Translations under genes and position numbers: made by a program
Source: a virus
IMG/VR virus record: IMGVR_UViG_3300032401_000001
Span: 96,001-160,000 of that record
Direction: 5' to 3' (one strand)
Length of the DNA stretch: 64,000 bases
Shown: piece after piece, positions 8,470 through 14,639 of the stretch
Position numbering within the stretch: position 1 is the stretch's first letter
How the letters are laid out: the number at the start of each line of letters is the position of its first letter
Notes under the pieces: generated by a model
The model's input: the letters and a program-made list of their open reading frames with translations, nothing else
Databases searched by the model: none
Told to the model about the DNA's origin: nothing

Positions 8470-8576
8470 ACTAAGCCCCGCCGGCGCGCGGTCAATCGTA
8501 TGGTAAACGCCCAGCGGCGCCGGCGGGGTGATACATTCGCTGGGCACCTCAAACTCAACATGACAGGAGCACGATC

Positions 8577-9314
8577 ATGAAGGCACAGCGGCTGAACCAG
8601 GTCATCTCCGTCGAGAAGGGCATCCGGAACAAGACCACGGAGCGCATCACGGAGCTGTATCACACCGTGCAGAAGCCGGCGCTCTTCGACGGCTTCAACA
8701 AGAAGTACCGCCCACTCGCCGAGGACGGCGAGCAGTTCCCGCCCGAGGACAAGCGGGTGCAGGTGAAGGGCATCGACGTCGTCAAGGAGCTGTTCGCGTG
8801 CATGCGCGAACTCTTCGACGTGACCCTCATCAAGGACAGCGCCAACTGCATGGCGAAGGCCGACGTGGTGGTAGGCGACAAGGTCGTCCTCAAGGACTGC
8901 CCGGCCACCTACCTGCTGTTCCTCGAGAAGCAGCTGACGGACCTCCACACCGCGATGTCGAAGATGCCGGTGCTCGACCCGGCCGAGGAGTGGGAGTTCG
9001 ACAAGAACGCGTCGCTGTACCGGACGCAGCCCGTCGAGACCGGCCGCACCAAGAAGGTGCAGAAGTCCCTGGTGCTGCTGGCGCCGACCGACAAGCACCC
9101 GGGACAGGCGCAGCTCATCACCGAGGACATGACGATCGGCTACTGGGGCACCGTGAAGTTCTCGGGGGCGATGGCACTGCCCGACAAGGAGCGGCTGCTC
9201 ATCCGCATCGAGAAGCTGCACCATGCGGTGAAGTTCGCCCGTGACGAAGCGAACACCGCCGGGGTGATCGACCGCAGCACCGAAGCGGTCTTCGACTACT
9301 TGACCAGCGCCTAG
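8577..9314 (+). CDS. conserved hypothetical protein (LNQVISVEKG...YLLFLEKQL...KFSGA family)
   Basis: 245 aa, AGGAG SD, very high GC3; resembles a widespread uncharacterised bacterial/phage family. Confidence 0.85.
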   Translation: MKAQRLNQVISVEKGIRNKTTERITELYHTVQKPALFDGFNKKYRPLAEDGEQFPPEDKRVQVKGIDVVKELFACMRELFDVTLIKDSANCMAKADVVVGDKVVLKDCPATYLLFLEKQLTDLHTAMSKMPVLDPAEEWEFDKNASLYRTQPVETGRTKKVQKSLVLLAPTDKHPGQAQLITEDMTIGYWGTVKFSGAMALPDKERLLIRIEKLHHAVKFARDEANTAGVIDRSTEAVFDYLTSA

Positions 9315-9329
9315 CGATAGGCGTACAAC

Positions 9330-9760
9330 GAGTTCAGGAGCACAAGCTCAAGCTCAAGCTCAAACTGAGAAGACCGGCGTCGGGGATACCCCCGTGGAGG
9401 TTCGAGTCCTCCGGCTCCCACTGCGTAGCGTTTTCGGGAGTCTGGCGAAATGGCAGACGCAGCCGCTGGTCGAACGTTCAAGCTCAACTTGTTGCTCCAA
9501 GCTCAAACTGGGAACGTCGACACCGAATCGAACGCGAAGCAAACCACGACGGAAACGCGGGTTCGAATCCCGCCGGGATCTCCAGGCAGTGCTGCACCCT
9601 TTGATCCTGTAGCCCAGCGGAAAGGCGCCGTCGCTCAGATCTTATCGCTTCGCTTAAATGCCGTCGGTGGCGTATGCGTTCCAGCGCAAGAGTCACCCTT
9701 GAAAGGTGAATATCTACGCACCCGGCCGGGGGAGAGGATACCTCCCTCGGCCACTTTTTT
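9330..9760 (+). ncRNA. chain of two circularly permuted tRNA-like modules with repeated linker segments
   Basis: Order is T-arm plus 3' acceptor strand, short linker, 5' acceptor strand plus D-arm, occurring twice (9372-9471 and 9547-9633). Confidence 0.7.
9724..9760 (+). terminator. intrinsic terminator
   Basis: GGCCGGGGGAG/CTCCCTCGGCC hairpin plus T-run. Confidence 0.7.
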
Positions 9761-9763
9761 AGC

Positions 9764-9795
9764 TTGACAGGCGTTTCAGATACGCTCATAGGTGG
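9764..9795 (+). promoter_or_regulatory. possible sigma70-like promoter for the tRNA array
   Basis: TTGACA at 9764-9769; the -10 element is weak. Confidence 0.3.
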
Positions 9796-10048
9796 AGAAG
9801 AGGCAGATCTTCCGTGACCAGAAAAGCCACAATGACGCAGTTGCTGTCCAGCCAGGCCATTCGGCCATGGTCGGACGCGTGCGTCTTTGTGCGCCCGACC
9901 TCACAAAAGCCCGAGGGTACCGCGTACGCCAATACCCTCGGGCACGAAAGGCCACCAGGCGGCTAAGCTCGAGGGGAACTGAAGAAGAGCGAGGCCGCCT
10001 GGGAAAGAACCCCGGCGGCCTTTTCGCATTTCAGGGGTACGAAGTCAC

Positions 10049-10136
10049 GCACGTGTAGGCCCGTAGGGCTCGGGGACCGGCTGTAAACCGGTTGGACACA
10101 GCGCCCAGGTTGGTTCGACTCCAGCCACGTGCACCA
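10049..10136 (+). tRNA. tRNA-Tyr(GUA)
   Basis: Cloverleaf, long variable arm, CCA encoded. Confidence 0.85.
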
Positions 10137-10178
10137 TGACCAGACGATTGAAACGCGAGGCGTGTCCTGTGTTCCCAC

Positions 10179-10251
10179 GCCTCCGTGACGCAACTGGTAG
10201 CGTAGCGGGCTTTTACCCCGAAAGTTGCAGGTTCGACTCCTGCCGGAGGCA
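10179..10251 (+). tRNA. tRNA-Lys(UUU)
   Basis: Cloverleaf, loop CTTTTAC. Confidence 0.9.
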
Positions 10252-10266
10252 CTGACGAGACGACAC

Positions 10267-10339
10267 ACGCGCCTAGCTCGACTGGCTGAGCACTCGGCTC
10301 TTACCCGAGAGGGTGTGGGTTCGACCCCCACGGCGCGTA
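10267..10339 (+). tRNA. tRNA-Lys(CUU)
   Basis: Cloverleaf, CTCGG-CTCTTAC-CCGAG. Confidence 0.85.
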
Positions 10340-10346
10340 CCGATGA

Positions 10347-10419
10347 TCGGGACTAGCACAACTGGTGGTGCACACGGCTCTGACCCGTGCGGCTTCAGGT
10401 TCGAATCCTGAGTCCCGAA
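10347..10419 (+). tRNA. tRNA-Gln(CUG)
   Basis: Cloverleaf, U1-A72. Confidence 0.9.
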
Positions 10420-10472
10420 CCGAGGGTGGTTGATCACCACCGTGACAACCGAATAGTCGTCGTGGTCAGTGT

Positions 10473-10543
10473 CCACCAGTGGCTCGAAGGTCGAGCGGCT
10501 GCCTTATGAGCGGCAGGTGAGGGTTCGATTCCTTCCTGGTGGA
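10473..10543 (+). tRNA. tRNA-Ile(UAU)
   Basis: CCACCAG/CTGGTGG acceptor; GCTGC-CTTATGA-GCGGC anticodon arm. Confidence 0.7.
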
Positions 10544-10549
10544 CTTCAT

Positions 10550-10621
10550 GCCTCGTGAGCTTGTAAGGTCGAGCGCTCGCCTGAAGAGCGAGAGGGCTCC
10601 GTTCGATTCGGAGACGAGGCA
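10550..10621 (+). tRNA. tRNA-Phe(GAA)
   Basis: Cloverleaf, CTCGC-CTGAAGA-GCGAG. Confidence 0.85.
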
Positions 10622-10628
10622 CCGACGA

Positions 10629-10700
10629 TCGGCCGTCGTCCAACGGTAGGACACTCGGCTTTGACCCGAGTAGTTGCACGTTCGAATCGTGCCGGCCGAA
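10629..10700 (+). tRNA. tRNA-Gln(UUG)
   Basis: Cloverleaf. Confidence 0.9.
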
Positions 10701-10704
10701 CTGA

Positions 10705-10781
10705 CGGGGTGTGGCTCAGCCTGGTAGAGCGCCTGCTTTGGGAGCAGGACGTCGCTGGTTCAAATCCAGTCACCCCGACCA
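10705..10781 (+). tRNA. tRNA-Pro(UGG)
   Basis: Canonical cloverleaf with CCA. Confidence 0.95.
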
Positions 10782-10782
10782 T

Positions 10783-10854
10783 TCTGGCGTCGCCTACTGG
10801 TAAGGCAGCCGGCTGTTAACCGGCCCTATGCAGGTTCGAATCCTGCCGCCAGAG
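10783..10854 (+). tRNA. tRNA-Asn(GUU)
   Basis: Cloverleaf, G73. Confidence 0.9.
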
Positions 10855-10860
10855 CAACAC

Positions 10861-10933
10861 GCAGCTCTAGCTCATTTGGTAGAGCACTCGCCCGATAAGC
10901 GAGAGGTGCCGAGTCCGAATCTCGGGAGCTGCA
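10861..10933 (+). tRNA. tRNA-Ile(GAU)
   Basis: Cloverleaf; C33 and an atypical T-loop. Confidence 0.8.
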
Positions 10934-10935
10934 CT

Positions 10936-11006
10936 GTGGCCGTGGCTCAATGGCTGAGCGCCGGGTTGTGGCCCCGGTTATGTGAGTTCGATTCTCACCG
11001 GTCACC
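10936..11006 (+). tRNA. tRNA-His(GUG)
   Basis: Cloverleaf, C73. Confidence 0.9.
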
Positions 11007-11010
11007 CCGC

Positions 11011-11081
11011 GGGTCGATCGTCCAATGGGAGGACAGTGCTCTCGCACGGCGCAGATCGGAGTTCAACTCTCCGTCGATCCA
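11011..11081 (+). tRNA. tRNA-Ala(CGC)
   Basis: Cloverleaf, G3.U70. Confidence 0.85.
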
Positions 11082-11085
11082 CAGA

Positions 11086-11156
11086 GGGGCCATCGTCCAA
11101 AGGGAAGATGCTGGTTCGGCAGACCAGAGATCGGGGTTCAATTCCCCGTGGCTCCA
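11086..11156 (+). tRNA. tRNA-Ala(GGC)
   Basis: Cloverleaf, G3.U70, C33. Confidence 0.85.
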
Positions 11157-11241
11157 CGAGAGGTAGGAGCGGGTTCGATTCCCGCCGAGGCATCGAGCGA
11201 TGGTGCTTCGTGGTGTAACCTGGCGAGCACAACCTCGTTAT
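11157..11241 (+). tRNA. circularly permuted tRNA-like element (3' half before 5' half)
   Basis: GAGGT, T-arm 11169-11185, CGAGGCA; 11 nt linker; TGCTTCG, D-arm, ACCTC; both stems pair. Confidence 0.65.
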
Positions 11242-11324
11242 GGAGAGTACTGGGGACGGTGACCCAACGCGGCTCGAACCCGCGGGCAGCCTCCGGGCTG
11301 GGCGTTCAACTCGTCTACTCTCCG
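11242..11324 (+). tRNA. tRNA-Ser(CGA), atypical Sec-like scaffold
   Basis: GGAGAGT(A)/(T)ACTCTCC, CGCGG-CTCGAAC-CCGCG, long variable arm, G73. Confidence 0.75.
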
Positions 11325-11330
11325 CAGCAT

Positions 11331-11403
11331 GCCGCTGAGCTCACCTGGTGGTGAGGCCCGCCTGTCACGCGGGAACCGGCGAGTTCGATCCTCGTCAGCG
11401 GCG
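11331..11403 (+). tRNA. tRNA-Asp(GUC)
   Basis: Cloverleaf, G73. Confidence 0.85.
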
Positions 11404-11462
11404 CCGAGCATCGGAGACCGGAACGCGTCCCGTGGGTACCCGGGCCGGAACGATGCTCATCT

Positions 11463-11549
11463 GGAAGCGCTGTGGGCATCGGTGCCCCACGCCGGTCCGC
11501 TACACCGGTGAGCCTCACGGCTCTGCTCGTTCAACTCGAGTCGCTTCCG
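11463..11549 (+). tRNA. tRNA-Ser(GCU), atypical Sec-like D-arm
   Basis: GGAAGCG/CGCTTCC, long D-stem with TCGG loop, long variable arm, G73. Confidence 0.7.
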
Positions 11550-11554
11550 CTCTC

Positions 11555-11630
11555 GCGGCCATAGTTCATTCAGTAGAACGCCGGCTTGCCAAGTCGGAGG
11601 TGCCGGGGGCAGAGCCCGGTGGCCGCTCCA
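11555..11630 (+). tRNA. tRNA-Gly(GCC)
   Basis: Cloverleaf with CCA; T-loop GGCAGAG is non-canonical. Confidence 0.85.
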
Positions 11631-11666
11631 ATTGCGAAAAGTCTCGGGTTAGAGTAGACTGTTTCC

Positions 11667-12062
11667 GTGCCCTACAAAGACCCTGACCAACAACGAGCAT
11701 ACATTCGAGCTTGGCGTCAGCAAAGACGGCGTACGTGGCTCACTGAACACGGACCGTGCATATACTGCAAGAGCACCCGACGTCTTGAAGTACACCACCG
11801 TGACCCAACAAAGAAGGTCACACACAACGTGTGGTCATGGTCAGAATCCCGTCGCGAAAGAGAACTCGCGAAGTGCGTCGTAGCGTGTCACCAGTGCCAT
11901 GAAAGAATCAGTACGACCGCACGAGAACCAAAGCACGGGACGAACAGTCGCTACACCAGTTACCGATACCGCTGTCGATGCACCGATTGTCACACTGCGC
12001 ACATCGCAGCAGATCGTGCATATCGACGAAAGAAACATGGAGAGGCCGACTCGCATCGGTGA
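11667..12062 (+). CDS. HNH endonuclease (with C-terminal HGT...CRC zinc motif)
   Basis: CIYC...LEVHHRDP...CVVACHQCH. Confidence 0.8.
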   Translation: MPYKDPDQQRAYIRAWRQQRRRTWLTEHGPCIYCKSTRRLEVHHRDPTKKVTHNVWSWSESRRERELAKCVVACHQCHERISTTAREPKHGTNSRYTSYRYRCRCTDCHTAHIAADRAYRRKKHGEADSHR

Positions 12063-12126
12063 CGAGCGCGTGTCTGGAAAGCACGTGTACCGAAAGGTAC
12101 TGAGCGTTCAACTCGCTTCCTCTCCG
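12039..12126 (+). tRNA. tRNA-Ser(GGA), atypical D-arm
   Basis: GGAGAGG/CCTCTCC, CGTGT-CTGGAAA-GCACG, long variable arm; overlaps the HNH 3' end. Confidence 0.75.
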
Positions 12127-12133
12127 CTACAAC

Positions 12134-12208
12134 GCGAGCTAAGTCACCGGGCGTGACGCCAGCCTTCCAAGCTGGACATGACGGGTTCGAGCCCCGTAGC
12201 TCGCTCCA
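12134..12208 (+). tRNA. tRNA-Gly(UCC)
   Basis: Cloverleaf with CCA. Confidence 0.85.
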
Positions 12209-12209
12209 T

Positions 12210-12282
12210 CCGGGTGTAGGGCAGTGGTTGTCCCGCCTGTTTCGGGAACAGGAGCACGCCAGTTCGATCCTGGCCGCCCGGA
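12210..12282 (+). tRNA. tRNA-Pro(CGG)
   Basis: Cloverleaf. Confidence 0.85.
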
Positions 12283-12286
12283 CAAC

Positions 12287-12375
12287 GCCAAGGTGGTTCG
12301 GAATTGGTAGACATCTCCGGCTGAGAACTGGAGGGGCGAAAGCCCGTGCGGGTTCGAGTCCCGCCCTTGGCACCA
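12287..12375 (+). tRNA. tRNA-Leu(GAG)
   Basis: Class II cloverleaf with CCA. Confidence 0.9.
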
Positions 12376-12376
12376 T

Positions 12377-12465
12377 GCACAGGTGGTTCGGAATTGGTAG
12401 ACATCCACGGCTCAGAACCGTGGGGGCGCAAGCCCGTGAGGGTTCGAGTCCCTCCCTGTGCACCA
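12377..12465 (+). tRNA. tRNA-Leu(CAG)
   Basis: Class II cloverleaf with CCA; near-duplicate of the previous gene. Confidence 0.9.
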
Positions 12466-12466
12466 C

Positions 12467-12542
12467 GCCGCTGAAGCTCACCAGGTAGAGCGCTCGGCTC
12501 GTATCCGAGAGGAAGCTGGTTCGAATCCAGTCAGCGGCTCCA
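12467..12542 (+). tRNA. tRNA-Thr(CGU)
   Basis: Cloverleaf with CCA. Confidence 0.9.
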
Positions 12543-12545
12543 TTC

Positions 12546-12618
12546 GCTGCGGTAGCACAATTGGCGGTGCATCTGATTTGTAATCAGAAGGTTCTCGGTT
12601 CGAAGCCGAGCCGCAGCT
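12546..12618 (+). tRNA. tRNA-Thr(UGU)
   Basis: Cloverleaf. Confidence 0.9.
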
Positions 12619-12641
12619 CCGCTCTTTACGCGGTAAAGAAC

Positions 12642-12712
12642 GGCCCCATCTGCTAACGGAAGGCAACTGGGTTCTCAACCCGGAAACGAGGGTTCAACTC
12701 CCTCTGGGGTCA
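12642..12712 (+). tRNA. tRNA-Glu(CUC)
   Basis: Cloverleaf. Confidence 0.85.
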
Positions 12713-12717
12713 CCGAC

Positions 12718-12792
12718 GCTCTCATGGTCTAACGGACAGGATACTGGACTTTCACTCCAGGGGCGGGAGTTCAACTCTCCCTGAGAGCACCA
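12718..12792 (+). tRNA. tRNA-Glu(UUC)
   Basis: Cloverleaf with CCA. Confidence 0.9.
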
Positions 12793-12793
12793 T

Positions 12794-12868
12794 CCGGGAT
12801 TGGTTCACTGGCGGAACGGCAGCCCTACAAGCTGCTCTAAGGGGGTTCGATTCCCTCATCCCGGACCA
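12794..12868 (+). tRNA. tRNA-Val(UAC)
   Basis: Cloverleaf with CCA, C33. Confidence 0.8.
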
Positions 12869-12869
12869 C

Positions 12870-12941
12870 ACGCGGTTGGCTCAGCGGCTGAGCACCTGCT
12901 CGACGCGCAGGTCTAGGCAGGTTCGACCCCTGCACCGCGTA
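12870..12941 (+). tRNA. tRNA-Val(GAC)
   Basis: Cloverleaf, C33. Confidence 0.8.
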
Positions 12942-12946
12942 CTGAT

Positions 12947-13019
12947 GGGTGCGTAGCTCACTTGGGAGAGCGCGAGCTTTGCAAGCTTGAGGCAGAGGGT
13001 TCGAATCCCTTCGCATCCA
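12947..13019 (+). tRNA. tRNA-Ala(UGC)
   Basis: Cloverleaf, G3.U70. Confidence 0.92.
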
Positions 13020-13025
13020 CTTCAT

Positions 13026-13101
13026 GCCGACGTAGCACATCTGGCAGTGCGCATCCTTGGTAAGGATGAGGTAGCCGGTTCGACTCCGGCCGTCGGCTCC
13101 A
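13026..13101 (+). tRNA. tRNA-Thr(GGU)
   Basis: Cloverleaf with CCA. Confidence 0.92.
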
Positions 13102-13102
13102 C

Positions 13103-13174
13103 GGGTCACGCTCTGGGTCAGCGCACTGGACTCCAAACCCGGTTGGCGGCGAGGTTCGATTCCTCGGTGACCCG
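13103..13174 (+). tRNA. tRNA-Trp(CCA)
   Basis: Cloverleaf, loop CTCCAAA, G73. Confidence 0.75.
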
Positions 13175-13178
13175 CTAC

Positions 13179-13252
13179 GGTACCGTCGCCAAGAGGCCAG
13201 GCTCCGGTCTGCAAAACCGGCAACGCGGGTTCAACTCCCGCCGGTACCTCCA
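13179..13252 (+). tRNA. tRNA-Cys(GCA)
   Basis: Cloverleaf, U73, CCA. Confidence 0.9.
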
Positions 13253-13253
13253 C

Positions 13254-13324
13254 GCTCCGCGGTGCGGCGCCAGCCGGGCCTTCTAATCCCAGCACTCCGG
13301 GTTCGACTCCCGGGCGGAGCTCCA
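13254..13324 (+). tRNA. tRNA-Arg(UCU), minimal D-arm
   Basis: GCTCCGC/GCGGAGC acceptor, loop CTTCTAA, shortened D-arm, imperfect anticodon stem. Confidence 0.6.
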
Positions 13325-13346
13325 GTTTCACCGTCTGCTGAAACCT

Positions 13347-13418
13347 GCCCCGCTAGTGAAACGGAGATCACAGCGCACTCCTAAGGCGCGAGTCCCAGTT
13401 CGACTCTGGGGCGGGGCG
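13347..13418 (+). tRNA. tRNA-Arg(CCU)
   Basis: Cloverleaf. Confidence 0.85.
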
Positions 13419-13422
13419 CTGC

Positions 13423-13494
13423 ACCGTCGTCCAAGCGGCTTGGCCTCGCCCTCCGAAGGCAAGTGTGAGGGTTCAACTCCCTCCGACGGTACCA
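13423..13494 (+). tRNA. tRNA-Arg(CCG)
   Basis: Cloverleaf with CCA, unusual D-arm. Confidence 0.7.
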
Positions 13495-13495
13495 T

Positions 13496-13567
13496 CTCCT
13501 CCTAGTGAAACGGACATCACTCTGGTCTACGGAACCAGCATTCCGAGTTCGAATCTCGGGGAGGAGG
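13496..13567 (+). tRNA. tRNA-Arg(ACG)
   Basis: Cloverleaf. Confidence 0.85.
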
Positions 13568-13571
13568 CTAC

Positions 13572-13653
13572 GCGAGCGTGGCGGAACTGGCAGACGCGCC
13601 GGACTTAGGCTCCGGTGTCGCAAGACGTGCAGGTTCAACTCCTGTCGCTCGCA
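13572..13653 (+). tRNA. tRNA-Leu(UAG)
   Basis: Class II cloverleaf. Confidence 0.92.
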
Positions 13654-13658
13654 CCGAC

Positions 13659-13746
13659 GCGTGAGTGGGTGGAACCGGCAGACCCGGCTGCCTTAAAAGC
13701 GGCTGCTCTTCGGAGCGTGCGAGTTCGAGTCTCGCCTCACGCACCA
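13659..13746 (+). tRNA. tRNA-Leu(UAA)
   Basis: Class II cloverleaf with CCA. Confidence 0.9.
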
Positions 13747-13747
13747 C

Positions 13748-13823
13748 TGCGGGGAGGACCGGCTGTCCGGCCCGGCCTCATAAGCCGGCTTGCACGAGGG
13801 TTCGACTCCCTCCTCCGCAACCA
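13748..13823 (+). tRNA. tRNA-Met(CAU)
   Basis: Loop CTCATAA, CCA; fMet/Met/Ile2 status not resolved. Confidence 0.75.
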
Positions 13824-13824
13824 A

Positions 13825-13897
13825 CAGGGTAGGGCTCGGATGGTTGAGCGCCAGTCTGGGGGACTGGAGGACGCGGGTTCGAGTCCCGCTGCCCTGA
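13825..13897 (+). tRNA. tRNA-Pro(GGG)
   Basis: Cloverleaf. Confidence 0.85.
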
Positions 13898-13901
13898 CTA
13901 C

Positions 13902-13986
13902 GCGAGCGTGCTTGGAATTGGCAGACAGCACCGGCTCAAACCCGGTGGCCCTTCGGGACATGAGGGTTCGACTCCCTCCGCTCGCA
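13902..13986 (+). tRNA. tRNA-Leu(CAA)
   Basis: Class II cloverleaf. Confidence 0.9.
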
Positions 13987-14053
13987 CTGACGATGACCAC
14001 GTCGGCTATTCTTAGGGAGTACCATGACCTGGAAGATACGCTTGAGGTGACCC

Positions 14054-14563
14054 GTGCAAACGACCTTAGTACTGGACCAATCGATGCAACCCATCAACAT
14101 CGTCTCCTGGCATCGTGCTGTCGGCATGATGCTGACGGGGTCAGCGGACGTGCTCGAAGAGTACGACCAGCTCGTGCATCCGTGGATTCAGATGCCGGCC
14201 GTCGTCCGCCTCAAGCACAACGTCAGCCGCGGCAAGCAGAAGGTGAAGTTCAGCCGCGCCAACGTGCTGATGCGGGATCGTTGCCGGTGCCAGTACTGTG
14301 GGCAGAAATTCTCGGCCCGGGAGTTGACGTTCGACCACGTCGTGCCCCGCTGCCGCGGCGGCAAGACCGAGTGGGAGAACATCGTCATGGCTTGCTGGCC
14401 GTGCAACGATGCCAAGGGTGGGCGGCTACCTCAACAGGCCGACATGCGGCTCCTCCGCGCGCCGGTACGGCCCTCGTGGGTGCCGCACTACAACCCTCGG
14501 CTGAAGACGTGCGATGTTCCACCCGAGTGGCGATGCTACTGGACGGTGGAGCTCGAGTCGTAG
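14054..14563 (+). CDS. HNH endonuclease (McrA-like)
   Basis: CQYCG...LTFDHVVPRCRGGKTEWENIVMACWPCNDAKG. Confidence 0.9.
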   Translation: MQTTLVLDQSMQPINIVSWHRAVGMMLTGSADVLEEYDQLVHPWIQMPAVVRLKHNVSRGKQKVKFSRANVLMRDRCRCQYCGQKFSARELTFDHVVPRCRGGKTEWENIVMACWPCNDAKGGRLPQQADMRLLRAPVRPSWVPHYNPRLKTCDVPPEWRCYWTVELES

Positions 14564-14639
14564 TAGGATGAAATCTCTGGTGATCGTCGTGCTGGTAGAC
14601 GGCGCTCCGTGTCGCTACACGGGGCGCCGTCGCTATTTT

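Noticed and set aside
9436-9584. Linear tRNA or tmRNA with a long insert (5' half 9436 paired to 3' half 9574)
   Set aside because: This needs a bulged, imperfect acceptor and gives no anticodon stem, whereas the permuted pairings are complete. It is kept only as a possible alternative conformer.
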